A stretch of DNA of 62,904 bases, filler included, from Choristocarpus tenellus KU-1152 (Eukaryota > Protista > Phaeophyceae): assembly GCA_964200185.2 (NCBI GenBank). It is 13 parts of 13 records of this genome, joined end to end, with 100 filler letters (N's around TTAATTAATTAA, not from the genome) between each part and the next. Parts side by side here need not be neighbours in the genome. Positions count along the whole stretch, not along the records: positions 1 to 10,556 come from CAXNAD020002859.1; positions 10,657 to 13,997 come from CAXNAD020020692.1; 11 more parts are not named here. One strand, written 5' to 3'. The notes under the pieces were generated by a model. That model saw only the letters and a list, made by a program, of their open reading frames with translations, ran no database searches and was not told the origin of the DNA. Numbering within the stretch: the stretch's first letter is position 1; every line of letters starts with the position of its first letter. The translations under genes were made by a program, and so were the position numbers. Below are positions 1 to 12,502 of this stretch, piece after piece.

Positions 1-241
1 GGGTACGAATTTTGACCTGTTTGTCCATTTGGGGCTTGGCTTCCAATGGGAGTGTTTGTGACATTTTCCTACTCCAAAATGTTTAGGAGTAGGTTAAATG
101 TTTATGTTATGAAAACGTGTGTCCGAAACATAGACATGTACACTTCCTAATGGACACGATAGCCAAAATTACATCAAAATCGCAACATTGTATTTTGACC
201 CCCAAGTGGACGAGGCTCTACCCTCTAAGATACTTTGGCTC
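1..241 (+). mobile_element. MITE family A copy (left end cut by window edge)
   Basis: Near-colinear with the complete copy at 30625-30883; ends TACCCTCTAAGATACTTTGGCTC; internal palindrome CCTACTCCAAAATGTTTAGGAGTAGG. Confidence 0.85.
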
Positions 242-479
242 GTTTATTAGCGGAGTGAGCACTACCCTCAAGGTGGGGGGTGCTCTCCCTTGTTATCTAA
301 TTCATTCGTCATCAAACACATCAGAAATATGTTTATAATATGTTTGTGACGGTTACACTACGTCAGTCACTTTTACACTATAAACCATATAGACTACTAG
401 TCTATATTGCACAAGACTATCGGGCCTCAGGATAAGACTGTGGGGCTGATCTCAACTCAGAACGAAGATGACCATGAAG

Positions 480-861
480 GGGGGTACGTTCAAGTCTAGG
501 TTTGGTGGCACAGGACTTCAATCGACGGGAGGGTGTGGATTACTTCAACATGTTCAGCCCAGTGAATGACATAATCAGGACAGTGCTAATGGACGGGAGA
601 GGTCAAAGGGATGACACACACCAATTTATCAGAGGAATCTTTGGGGAGCTTGGCGTACCACAAGGGGCTACGACTTGGTATGGGGAAAACCGAAGCACAT
701 CTCAAGCAGGGACAACTGTAGAAATGCACAAGGGAGTACGTGAGCCAAGGAATTTTGAATTTAAGAATATACCTACTGCACTGCAACTTGCTGACATTTT
801 GACCAAGCGACTATGGAAGAAACAGGTAGAAGACTTCATAGACACTGCATTGATAATATGA
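480..861 (+). mobile_element. Ty1/Copia pol remnant (RT start fused to RNase H end, internally deleted)
   Basis: FKSR/LVAQDFNRREGVDYFNMFSPV matches the Copia RT motif KARLVAxGFxQxxGxDYxETFSPV; IPTALQLADILTKRL matches the Copia RNase H end VPTxxQLADILTKxL. Confidence 0.85.
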
Positions 862-1004
862 ATGTAATGTGTGATAGTTGAAGCAAGCTGTGTTCCTTTA
901 CTCCCACTCTCATGGGGGAGTGTGCAAAATGTGACATGAATTCCAGTAATATGCAACCGAAAGCATTTTGGGACAGACAATGGTCATGTCTTAGAGGATT
1001 TTTT

Positions 1005-1312
1005 GACCCAAACTATCTGGGGGGGTGGGGGGGGTCTACCCGAGGGTGTCCATTTTGGACCAAAATCNNNNNNNNNNATGAAAGATGTTTTGTGGGATTG
1101 TATTTTGTGTTTTGTGTGTTGCTTTGTGTGCGCGGGGGGGGGGGGGGGGGGGGGGGGGGGTCTACCCGAGGGTGTCCATTTTGGACCAAAATCGGGAAAA
1201 GTACATTTGCTTTATCCATCCGACGTATGGCAGCCAAATCACCCAAAAGATGTGATATGAAAAAAATGACCCCAAATGGATAGCCGCCACCCCCTCCCAG
1301 ATAATTTGAGCC
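1005..1312 (+). mobile_element. MITE family B copy (contains a 10-N gap and a duplicated G-rich start)
   Basis: Termini GACCCAAACTATCTGG ... CCAGATAATTTGAGCC; TTT on both flanks; homologous to 17160-17330, 28973-29138 and 49186-49362. Confidence 0.8.
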
Positions 1313-2754
1313 TTTTTGACATTTGGTCATAGATTAAAGGTCTACATGTTCGAGACGTTTTTCTATATCATGGAGTTTTTCGTGAATGTTGTAAGTGTTT
1401 TCCTTTTGGTGATTCTGTAAGCAAGTGTTACACCAAGTCACACCATCTCAAATATTATCAGTCTTGTCTTTTCAATCATATCATCACATTCAACAAAAGG
1501 GAATAGTTTGAGGCTCCCATCTCTTCTCTTCTTCCATACTGACACAAACAGCAGTTATATTGTGCACAATATATATATATATATATATGTATATATATCC
1601 CTTGAGGTTTGGAGTCAGCAGTCGGAGAACTCCAGTAGCAGAAGTTGAGTGGTGCATCAATATCGTACCGCCAAATCCTGTGCGACTAGGGAGATTAATC
1701 AACTCTCAGAGTCCACCAATCGCAAAGAAATCGTTTAGCCCTTCCTCGAATTTGAAGGGAAAGATTCTGGATGCGTTTAGCCCTTCCTCTCTTTTCCTGT
1801 CATTCCAATTACACGTCGAAGTGAGACGAGTACGTCATTTTCGAACGAAGGATGTCACAACCTTGGTCTCGAATATAGCCATGAGTGAGTGTTGACATGG
1901 TAGAAAGGGCTAAGGGAGACAAGGGTAATGGTATCGTGTGCATGTTCGGCAGTAACAAAAGTGAGAGCAACTAACCTCCTCCTGCTTCAGTCGCAGCTCC
2001 CCCTCTTCGCGAAAGAGGTTAGCTGCTACATTTCACCGCCTCAAACGCTCGCGCTTCCTCTTCTCATCATTTCTATTTGCAACGAGTGGATAGGAAGGAG
2101 AGAGGAGAACAATCGACAGGGCGTAAAATAGGATGTCACGACTGCGGACTTGAAACGCAAGTCGGGAACTATTTTAGCCGTACGTGCACCAGTGCAGACA
2201 GAGAGTGCACAACCCCTTACATCAATATATAGAACAAAATATTCCAGTTTTTTTTCTTGAAGGTAGAAGACCGTGAAGGATCACTCTAAATGATCGCAGG
2301 TGCATCCATCTCTACTTATATCAGTCTTGTTGGTTGTCAACGAAAGCTAACGTAATATCCAAACAAACGCAACAGGGGCGGGCTGGTATAGCGGAAGGGA
2401 GGGAAGAACAAGGATCAATATCACTTGACACAGAGTGCAGATAATTGATTTTCGCAACAGGGGGGCGCAGGTTCCAGTCCGCAAGACCGATATCATTTGC
2501 AACCCGCCCACTGACCGACAAACCCACTCGAATCCGTCTGGGTTGACCTGTCCTTCTTCTCCAGTCTCCGATGTGGAACACTTGACTGATCGACACAGCT
2601 GCTTATGTATCTACAGCACTGGGACTATCTCCCGAAACTGGAGTTTGTTATGCTCCGAGCTCTGAGTTCAAAGTAAGGAAAGTCGTATGCAACCAACTGT
2701 TTCATCTTACCAAAACAAACTCGATCACTTCCTTGTGATCAGGTACATACCTTT

Positions 2755-3012
2755 GGTTCAAAGCATTTAAGAGGGTAGGAGTTTTTTCCCTGTTTGCCCG
2801 TTCGGGGCTTGGCTTCCCAAAGGCTTTTATGTCCTTCTTAGGTTTTCTGTTTGAACACGGTTACCTAAAATATATACAACTATGGAAGATGTGTCCGAAG
2901 CAAGGATATTGACCTTTGCTAACAAAGACGAGAGTCCAAATTAATCAAAATCGCAACATTGGATTTTTTACTCCAAATGGACGCGGCCCTACCCTCTTAA
3001 ATGATTTGGGCC
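2755..3012 (+). mobile_element. MITE family A diverged copy
   Basis: GGTTCAAAGCATTTAAGAGGGTAGG ... CCTACCCTCTTAAATGATTTGGGCC inverted termini; TTT flanks; internal similarity to 1-241. Confidence 0.8.
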
Positions 3013-3599
3013 TTTCCAAACTCGCCTATTTCCCCCTCATGCCCATGGAGTCATACCTCTCTTTGTTCGATTTCCCTCTTCTGTACTTACAGACTTTTCT
3101 CCAGGTAGGGACACATTCCAGCAACACGTCTACCTACATTTTATTTTATTGAGGAGGTTTCATTTCATAATTCAATATTTTTGATATTTTTCCATGTAAA
3201 AAAAACAGATCGCACATACATTTAATATGTTTTACTTTCTATTTATATGAGTCTAAATATAATTGGGTTGATAGTTACTATTTGAATATTTGTGAAGAAA
3301 CAATCCAAGAAACAAACAGCGCGCGATATATTTATGGTGATAATCAATACCTCGATAAAATAACATCAAAGAAACATACCAACAAGACACAACATGGATG
3401 AAAGTAACTGTTAACACAACCCCAAATTAGGACTTTCTTTGGAGAAGAAACTGAAGACTGCTGGCAAACGGGTAAGGGCGTCTGAGTTGCAGTTCTTTCT
3501 TGACACCTAATCCAGGAGAGGTGTATTCCACCCACATTTGAGACTGTTCACGGCAGAGAGAACTAGACAAGAGTCTCCCTCACCACATACATAACTAGT

Positions 3600-4880
3600 C
3601 TGGCCAGCTACTCACGGAACAAGCGCCCATCATGGAACGGTGGACAAAATACTTCAAGGTGCACCTTAACACTAGGTCTGTTGATCTCAATCTTCATAGT
3701 GCTGAGGTCCTCAACTAATGCCTTCAATACTTAGACCTCACTAGTGCACCAATGACGATTGAGGTGGCTAAAGCACTTGGGAAAATAAGAATGGGAAGAC
3801 TATGGATCCCGACAATCTTGCAGTTGACCTCCTTGGCCTACAGGAGGACATGGGTATCATAATAAGACTTTGTTGGCTTTGTGGGACCAGGAAGTCGTGT
3901 CTCAGGGCCTCGAAGGATGAGGTCATCAACGTGCTTCACAAGAAGAACCGAAATGACGGTGACAACTGTAGGGGCATCTCACTGGTGGCGCATGCTGATG
4001 AAGAACTTCTTGCGGTTGTTGCACGGCATCTGGGAGACCGGACAACATGGAAAGAGGTTTCATGAGGAACAGTGGTATGGTTTCCGGCCCCGACGCTCCA
4101 CAGCGAACATGTATGCTGTGCATGCCGTCCAAGAGTTCGGCAAGGAAACAATGTACCCCTATTCATGCATTTTATCGACCTACATAATGTACCTGCGATG
4201 ATCATTTCTGTCATCCATTTCATGATGGAATAAAGGAACATGTCGCGTGGAAGATGGCGAGTGTACCGTCTGGTTTGAGGTTTGACAGGGCATTCCATAG
4301 GGGTGTTTTGTTTCTTCCATCATCTCATTATCATTTTCTTTGTTGTGCCAAGTGTAGCAGATAAGAAGCTCACCTCTGACTCAGCCATCTCCGAGGGTTT
4401 TATTTTCACCAAGAGAGTGGCCATAGAAAAAAATATGAGGGGAGAGGAGGAGCACTAGGGACTGGGACAACTCGAGGGACTCTTGTGGGGTAGGCATTGT
4501 GCTGATGATGCAGGCATTTTCTCCAAGACCCAAGAAAGTTTGGCCAGGATGGTGATGGTGATTGCGATTGTGGCCAGATAATTCACTCTGACCTTGCCAG
4601 CACTGAAAACGGATACCATGTGTCTTCTGCCTCCAAGTCAGGCTGCAGATACCTTGCCTATCCAGGTACTGGACCAGACTTATAAGCACACGGATCATTT
4701 TGTTTACCTTAGGGGCACCATCAGTAACAAAGCCACGATCACCGTTGAGATGAGCTGGGGAACCAAATGCTTGGGGTTGTTTTTGTGAATACGACCTGGT
4801 GCTACTTGACAGGACCTCAGCTGTATCACTTGAGCTTAAGAATGGAATGATCAAGGCTTGAAGCTCTTGTCTGTGCAAAT
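3600..4880 (+). mobile_element. Degraded RTE-type non-LTR retrotransposon reverse transcriptase
   Basis: Across frameshifts: LHKKNRNDGDNCRGISLVAHA, EEQWYGFRPRRSTANM, FIDL, HFHDG and FVYLRGTIS, which are typical RTE-clade RT motifs; many stops. Confidence 0.85.
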
Positions 4881-7800
4881 TACCATGGGAGGTAATGTTA
4901 TTTGTTAGTAGTGAGGATAAGAAGGTGTGAAGCCTCACACGACCCCCTTTGCTGAACGTGATTACATGCTTGAAATTGGAAGAGTGACCTTTGTGTGGTG
5001 TCTTCTCATTGCTTGTTTATTATTTATTTGTGCTTCCTATCTAAGTCAACGGCTATGTCAAAGTAGTTGGATGCGGAATAAATACCAATACATAATCCCA
5101 TACACAATCCGGATGTACTATCTCATTAGTCGTATCACATGGACTCAATTCAACACAATAATCATATATACACAAAACAAGGTACACCTCACTATTGTCC
5201 TATTTTGCACACTATCATCTGGTTTTATGTCATGGCCAATCCACTCCACCAAGTCCATTACCTGAAACTTCGCTCACATTCCCATAGAATCTTCCTCTAT
5301 TGTATTGGATTCCTGCACATAGGAATGTACCTATATTGTATTGTGAAGGTTGGGTGCACGATTATTGAGGTAACAGTATGCAAGAGAAGGGTCCTCTTTG
5401 CTGGTTTAGTAGCACACATAGGGGATGAATGACTTCCTGAGGGATTGATAATTGGGGAGCTTGCAGCAGAGAGACATAAGCAAGATGGGCAGGAGAAAAT
5501 ATGGTAGATACACTTCCAAGACCACCTTGAGAATATTGGGATTATGATTGACAGTTTGGCCACTAAGGTCTCCTACCAGCAGACGTGGTATAAGCATGTG
5601 GCTGCCGGAATGATGACCTTCATGGCCGAGTTGCCTAGCAAGGAACCCACAATAGCTAATGTACGTCAACCACACCAGTAGGTAAGATTACCCAAAGTAC
5701 CAACAGCACCATCACTGTCAATTGATTTCTGCCTTCTCCATGTATTCTCCAGTTGGTTGTTTTTTCTTGCATTCATTATTTTTTTCTCTCCCATTATTCT
5801 TAGGTAATATTTTCCCACCTATTGGTTCTCTTCTTTTTGTTATATATATATATATATATTTCTTTTTTGTTATCTCTTCTTTCCCCTCCTGACTTTTATT
5901 TTACCTTCCTTGATGCCTTCTCAAGCAGTGTGTCTTGCATCCTTTGGACCGCCTTTTCGACCACGAGTCTAGGATTCTTTGGGCTTACGTGATAATGGTA
6001 GTAATACCCCTCCATTTTCCATTTTTGGATTCAATACTGAAGTACAAGCAAGTAGAAGTAATGGGTCTCCATTTTTTTTTTCCTACAGGGTAACGTCTGC
6101 AAGAATATCTGTCATAGGTCTTACTTTTAACAGAAATATTAAATTGCAGACAATTTGACGTGATTTTTTTTGTAGATACATAATTGTTTAGGACACCAAA
6201 ACAAAATATTACCACACTACGTAGGTAGGTACGACAAAACTGGCTCTATAGAACAATAAAATTTGATGCAACAATAGAATTCTTTGAAAAATGCAGTGTT
6301 TATACTATGGTAGTCAAGAACCTGCTCTATTTCGTGCAATGGCAAGTTGTGCGATCAATCCACTCTTCCATAACAATGGTAGTTGGTACCAAAGAGGCAT
6401 TGTGTGGGGACCTTGCCTTTACTTGTGCCCAATGCCATACACTGGATAGACTAACGTCTGGCAAAGATACTCTTTCTTTCTCTCCTGAGTGTTTCCCTTG
6501 CAACATCATTCTCTTGTGTGCTTGATTCTTTTTTTATTTGTCAAACAGAGGTACACCCTGTTTTAAGAATTACACACCACCAGATAAACCTCTTCTGTCA
6601 ATACTGTCGAGTGATAATCTTCTTACATACTACTCTTTTGTCTCAGGTACAACATCTGTAATGAGCTACTGCCAAGTGTCTATAGTCAGGATGGGGTATT
6701 GCAAGGCGTTATGAGTGGTGACAGGGGGGTCTGCACCGTAGAGATGATACAAATCCAAGGGAGGGGAATATCTTTATTGTCACTGGTACTTTTTATTTTC
6801 TTCACCTTACTCTGGAGACACCCTGGCTCATGATGAGAGGCCCGACAAGCTGCACTGCTGTTCCTATTTCTATTTTGGAAATAACTACTCTAACGAACTG
6901 TTGTGCCACATTTTATTGTACTGTCTTTTATTGAACTGACTCCGTTCGTCCCTTCCTCCTCACCCATTGGGTCTAGTTGTAATCCCATCGCTTGCCACTC
7001 TACCTCCCCTGAACATTTTGCTGAGCATATATCGGATTTGTTGCTTGACGCTGAAGCCTTCCCACTTCATTCTTGGTCCAGCCTTTTTGTATCATAGGTA
7101 CTGATAGGATAGTAGGGGTGCACAATCCATTGTGCTTGCCACGAGGACAAATACCTACTGAACCATGAGGACCCTCCACCCTGGAGACAAGTGTTTGCTG
7201 GACAATAAATGGAAAAAACCAATACATCGTAGTTGTTATTAGAGAAGTAGTGAATGTTGTATTCCTAAATTGAGCCTGGATGTTTGTAAATAAACAAAAA
7301 TAATGCTTTCTTAGCCGCCATGCACGTTCAAGTCCAATTCTAAACCACTGTTATGATGAGCATGTCGTATGTACGTATTATTTGTGGCCATCCCAGAGGT
7401 TATTGGCCTCAGTGACAGAATATCAATTTTTCATTTTAACAAGCTGATGGTATCTCCTACATTGGACACATGAAACGTTTAAATTACTACCAGAGGTAAA
7501 CAGGTTGGTGCTGTCACCCCTTATGTAACCTACGACAGATAGTATTCATGTAGGGTCGTATGAAAGAATGGGGATAAGGACCGAGATTGTTCGAAATTTG
7601 GTATTGAGGGTACTAAATTGAAGATGATCTTCAAGTCTTCATATGTATCTATTACATGTTTAGTCGAATGCTTGCCCTCTTACGTACTATCAACCTTTCC
7701 TGTCCCTAAGGATTACACCAACAACTCAAATAGAAGAGAAATCGATGTGGCTACAGAGGATTCGATGTTAAAACATAGGCTACCAACGTTTTGTGTACTT

Positions 7801-8222
7801 AATATGATACGTTATTACCTTATACTGACTGTTGATTCGCACATCAGTACTGGTTGTTACTCACATATACATCATTAGCACCTTAACATCGCACCATTAA
7901 CTACTGTTAGAACATCACGACGCATAGAAAGTATGGAACAGTCGACATCTATCAAGTACAATCATAGTATGTGCCACATGAATCGTCCCATATATTGTTT
8001 CAAGTTTGGTTCTTTATTTTTCTCGTGATCTTCTCATCAGAACCTCAAGTTGCGTCTCATATATATATATGTTATTATTTATTTTTTTTCTGTTTGGCTT
8101 TGTCCCCACTTTGGCTTTGAGTTCTCTCTGCGTTAAGTGTACCTGGTGCACAACTGAATGCCATACATTCAGAGTTCAAACATCCACAGAAACCCTTCTT
8201 CACAACAAGCTGCCAATCCTCT

Positions 8223-8340
8223 ACTCAGAGCATATTATATCTCTTCCTATTATGAGGTTCTCAAGGAATACCCACAACTTAAGCCTTCACTCAGAGCGTG
8301 TATCTCTTCCTTTGAGCTTCTCAAGGAATACCCACAACTT
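8223..8340. repeat. Imperfect ~60-bp tandem duplication
   Basis: ACTCAGAGC...TATCTCTTCCT...TGAG(G/C)TTCTCAAGGAATACCCACAACTT present twice. Confidence 0.8.
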
Positions 8341-9041
8341 TGTAGCAAAGAACCTCTGACTGCGAGCAACATGCCGCTAGGTTCATCGGAACAAATTCAC
8401 TGGTGTTTCACTGCACCATTACACCCCTTCCCAACCAACATGTCACAGCACAAGAGAATACGTTAATTCAATTCCATGTTTCAACAAGTTGTGAGCCTCA
8501 CACGATTCCCCTCCTTGAGATTGTTGCGTTTAACTTTTCTTTTCACCCAACCAACTGAAATTCTTCAAGAAAAACTGTTGATGATAGTACTACTGTGAAT
8601 AAAAAAATCTTCAAGTATAATACCTTCGACCGATTTGACTGACAGCACGATCGAATGGAAGTGTGCATGCAGCACTGAGAAAATGCATGGAAATTGTCTG
8701 GCATCACGGGATGGCCATGGGAAAATGGCCAACTCCCGCTAGAATTTTACTCTGAATCATGCAGCGCCATTCACACAATAATAAAATAACCAGGTAATCG
8801 AGATAATTGAGTCAAGATCTTGACTATTCTTTGATTATGAAAGAAATCAACTTAATTTCATGATCATAGATCATGACACCACACCAGTGTACACTATTTA
8901 GTAGTAGTTGGAGATCGAACCATGAAGCTCTTGGGAGGACAGCAGCAAGGAAGGTGATACCTTTGCAAGCTTTACAGTTCCTAAGAATCCTCGACATAGT
9001 GTGCACTCAGAATATGTTACTCCTAGAACTGGTCTCCATCA

Positions 9042-9122
9042 TAATACGGTAAGACTGTGAAAAGAGTATGTAATACGGTGAGACTGTAAAAATAGTATAT
9101 AATACGGTAAGACTGTAAAAAA
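9042..9122. repeat. 29-bp tandem repeat, about 2.8 copies
   Basis: TAATACGGT(A/G)AGACTGT(G/A)AAA units start at 9042, 9071 and 9100. Confidence 0.9.
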
Positions 9123-9861
9123 GACAAGGCGAACAAAAAATGCAAGGACATAGTAGTCATGGACCACACAGAGTATAGCTGATCTCGAATCAGTCCAGGT
9201 TAATGCAGTGAGATGAACACCAAGGGGGGACCGCTAAAAACGCCGAGTTCAAGTTACTTGTAACCTTGGTACTGGTACTGGTACTGGTACCCTTAAAAAC
9301 ATTAAGACCCTAGATAGATGATTTGGTGAGCGTAGTGTCAGGTTCCATATGCTTTGTATGTTGTTTCTTAGGTTCTTCTGCAGCGAAGTTTACCTCCAAA
9401 GTGCTTTCATTGCCATCCGCACCAACTACAACAAGTACATGGCATGACACAACAAGTACTAACCATACCATGACAGAACATTCACACACAGAAACAGAGA
9501 AACACAAACGATGCAATATTACCACCCCTCACACATAACCAACACCCCATGAACAAAACAACCACACCAAACACATAATCACGAAAATTGGTCGTCACTC
9601 ATCCCAAGGTAACAGTGTTACTGCGTCATGTTGTACAAAAGTAGGACAGGAACAAACAAACACACCTCACGACAAACAATTGCCTCACACCAGCAATCAA
9701 GAACCTACAAAACAGTATCAACAGAGGAACTGATGTATGGTGCATCTACCTCAGACACACTACAGCAGACTTCTTCTCTACAAACAGCACATAATCACAA
9801 ACTAACTAAACGTGCCGGACTCAGAACAACAAAATATGCAGGGAACTCAGTAAAAAAAAAA

Positions 9862-10147
9862 CTAAGACCCATCCTCAAACTCCTCCAACTCGTCGTCCAT
9901 CTCATCGATATCAATAATACCACTAGGGGGTGCAACACCAACTCCACCCCATTCACTACTATCTGCAGCAACATGGGCATGCTCTACTCCTTCCATCTCC
10001 CATCCCCGCCCTGAGTATCCTTGGAGCCCTGCAGTTCCCACAGAATCGGAAGTAGAACTGATGGTACTGCTGGGAAAGCAAGTCTGGAACCATCGTTCGA
10101 GCAGGGAGTTGAGGGCTGATTCAGTCCCAGTCTGTCCGGTGATTAGT
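9862..10147 (-). CDS. Probable terminal exon of an unknown protein with an acidic C-terminus
   Basis: Pyrimidine-rich acceptor (CTCTCATTTGGTTTCCAG) followed by an open frame ending IDIDEMDDELEEFEDGS*. Confidence 0.4.
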
Positions 10148-10480
10148 CTGGAAACCAAATGAGAGGAAGGTTAGAGTGAGGAACCACTTGACTATTAGAA
10201 ATATGTTATCGAATGAATGATATGTGGTAGTTGCAGTGTTCAGTCCTTCAGTTACAGATGTGTAACAAAACTTGGGTCGTCAATGAACTGAAACGGTCCC
10301 ATCCCCAAGGAGAAAATCGTTTCAAGCAAAGTAAAGCAAAACTACCATCTCCCCAACACACAAGTTAACAAAATGAACATGGAGTGCTACTGAACATAAA
10401 CTGGCACAAGAAATGGGAAGAATGAGCAGCACAAGCAGAGACATTTGCATCTCACTCTTGCATCAAAAGCAAGAAGTACT

Positions 10481-10519
<39 letters not shown>

Positions 10520-10556
10520 CCCTCCCCACCACCCCCCCCCCCCCCCCCCACCCCAC

Positions 10557-10656
10557 NNNNNNNNNNNNNNNNNNNNNNNNNNNNNNNNNNNNNNNNNNNN
10601 TTAATTAATTAANNNNNNNNNNNNNNNNNNNNNNNNNNNNNNNNNNNNNNNNNNNN
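10557..10656. other. Artificial contig linker (first of 12)
   Basis: 44 N + TTAATTAATTAA (stops in all six frames) + 44 N. Identical linkers start at 13998, 17060, 20797, 23475, 26972, 40768, 43648, 49056, 54203, 57258 and 59978. Confidence 0.98.
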
Positions 10657-10663
10657 TTCGGGG

Positions 10664-12502
10664 TTGGGTGGATGGGGGGTTGGTGGTGGGTTTTGGGTTA
10701 AAACTGGGGGAAGGGGGGTGGGGGTGAGACCAGAGACCCCCGGAGAGACAAGGAGAGACCCAGGGTTATTGTCGGGTTCATTGGCTGGAGGGAATACAGT
10801 CAATGGGTCCTTCCCATACCGCCGACAGGGGATAGTGAGTCAGATTATGTCTTCTCTTGAGAATTCCGGCTCAGCTGCAGTGGCGGTGACCTCAGCTGCC
10901 ACTGCAGCATCATCAGTCATGGCACCAGCAATGCCAGTAGTTGCACCAGCGGCAGAATCTGTGGTGACAGAGACCATTGCGTCATCACTGGTACCAACAG
11001 GGGTTGGAGAGGAATCAATGGTCATGCCAGCTCAAGTTCAGGTCCCCCCCATGTCGCATCCACATATTTCGACTTCCATGGCAGGGCTGACACCCATGCC
11101 TGTACCAGTCCCCCTCCCTCTCCCTATGCCGTATCCGCACTATGGGATGTATCCATCATTTCCTCATGCTGCTTATGCTGCCTACCTGGCACACTACCCC
11201 TTCCCACCTGGTATGGTGCCACACATGCCCATGTTCCCACCTGCTGGTCTTTCTGGGGTCTCACCTTCTCCAGTGTCAGGTGGCATGTATTCTGGGATTA
11301 GCAGCAAAGTAGCTTCCTCTGTTGCTGCCCCCTCCGTTGCCTCCCCAGGGGCTAATGCTGCTTTATTGATGGCTTCAAGGCCCACCCAAGATCCCTCTCA
11401 GGATGTCCCAAAAGAACATGAGGCCGCTAAGCAGCTAGCGGTGGAAACTCTCCTTGGTCTCAAAAATTCTCATGGGAGCGACAGTGACACAACTTCACTG
11501 GCAGCTGCCATGGCACCCTCCTCTTCACATGGGAGCAACAGTGATACTACTTCACTGGCAGCTGCTATGGCACCCGCCTCTTCCCCTGAGGAAACACCTT
11601 CTGCATCCACTGCAAAAGGAGAAAATGAAGCCATTGATGGTAGGGGGGGAGTGTTAAAGGATGCTCCCTCAGAGCTTTCTTCATGCAGTGGTGTCTATCC
11701 TACTGAGTCAGCCAGTGCACAGGAAGGGGGGGGTGGAGTCATGCTCACCTCCAAACTGAAACCTATATCACATCGGAAACCCCAGAGTTGGTACAAGTAT
11801 GAATCAAGAGCCGGCCCACTAAAGGGTCCTGATCAGGTTTCACTTGATGCTGACATCAAGGTTTCAGGCGGAACAGTCAGTTTTGGAAATGGGAATGTTG
11901 TTCTTCCTAGAGATGCCAGCAGTAAACTTCCTGGTGTCCAGCATAGGGCTAAGGAGGTTCAGGTCAATGCTGAGAGCAAGACCACAAGTGGGGCTGTCGG
12001 TGATGAAGGTGGGGACGTGACTCTTCTAAGGGATTTAGAAAGTAAGGAGAGCGGAGTCAAGCAGTGTGGTGATGCTGCAGAATCAATGGGCAACAGGGTG
12101 AACAAGGTTGATGAGACATGTAGAAATGTGATTGCACCAATGCATGGAGGAGCAACTGGGGAAGTTGAGGCACTGGCGTCACCAGTGCAGTTGTGTGCAC
12201 CAACAGCAACAGGAGGGATGGCTACAAATGGGATGGTGCTGGTGGCAGCAGGAGATGTGGGGGGTGGGGAGATGATAGGTGGAGCGGAGCCAGATGTTGC
12301 GGCATCAGAAAGTCTGGAGCTACAGGAGGTAAAGATTGCAGAGGTTCATTGTCAGGTGGAACACAATGACAGTGGGGATACACTAGTAGCACAATCAAAC
12401 CTCGGGGGAAAGGAGGTTAGTGCTGCCAATGCCATGGTGCTAGCACCATCTGAAGGACCAGGTGTGACGGAGGGGAGGGAGGCAATTGCTGCGTATCAAT
12501 AA
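10664..12502 (+). CDS. Large 3' exon of an unknown low-complexity (Ala/Pro/Ser/Gly/Glu-rich, probably disordered) protein; 5' part lost at contig edge
   Basis: 612-codon uninterrupted ORF with a Pro/Met/Tyr-rich block and an in-frame 57-nt duplication (11468-11581). The first ~60 nt are G-rich and probably unreliable. Confidence 0.7.
   Translation: MGGWGVGGGFWVKTGGRGVGVRPETPGETRRDPGLLSGSLAGGNTVNGSFPYRRQGIVSQIMSSLENSGSAAVAVTSAATAASSVMAPAMPVVAPAAESVVTETIASSLVPTGVGEESMVMPAQVQVPPMSHPHISTSMAGLTPMPVPVPLPLPMPYPHYGMYPSFPHAAYAAYLAHYPFPPGMVPHMPMFPPAGLSGVSPSPVSGGMYSGISSKVASSVAAPSVASPGANAALLMASRPTQDPSQDVPKEHEAAKQLAVETLLGLKNSHGSDSDTTSLAAAMAPSSSHGSNSDTTSLAAAMAPASSPEETPSASTAKGENEAIDGRGGVLKDAPSELSSCSGVYPTESASAQEGGGGVMLTSKLKPISHRKPQSWYKYESRAGPLKGPDQVSLDADIKVSGGTVSFGNGNVVLPRDASSKLPGVQHRAKEVQVNAESKTTSGAVGDEGGDVTLLRDLESKESGVKQCGDAAESMGNRVNKVDETCRNVIAPMHGGATGEVEALASPVQLCAPTATGGMATNGMVLVAAGDVGGGEMIGGAEPDVAASESLELQEVKIAEVHCQVEHNDSGDTLVAQSNLGGKEVSAANAMVLAPSEGPGVTEGREAIAAYQ

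Noticed and set aside
1853-2430. Solo LTR (TGTCAC...TTGACA)
   Set aside because: No matching target-site duplication or second LTR is visible.
9042-9122. 29-bp repeats as a CRISPR array
   Set aside because: Head-to-tail tandem units with no unique spacers, no cas genes and a eukaryotic context.
10482-10730. Poly-C/poly-G tracts and poly-Pro/Gly ORFs at contig ends (also ~1135, 20897, 23403, 40870, 43570, 54175) as G-quadruplex elements or proteins
   Set aside because: They cluster at contig breaks with low-complexity, noisy flanks, typical of short-read failure at G/C homopolymers.
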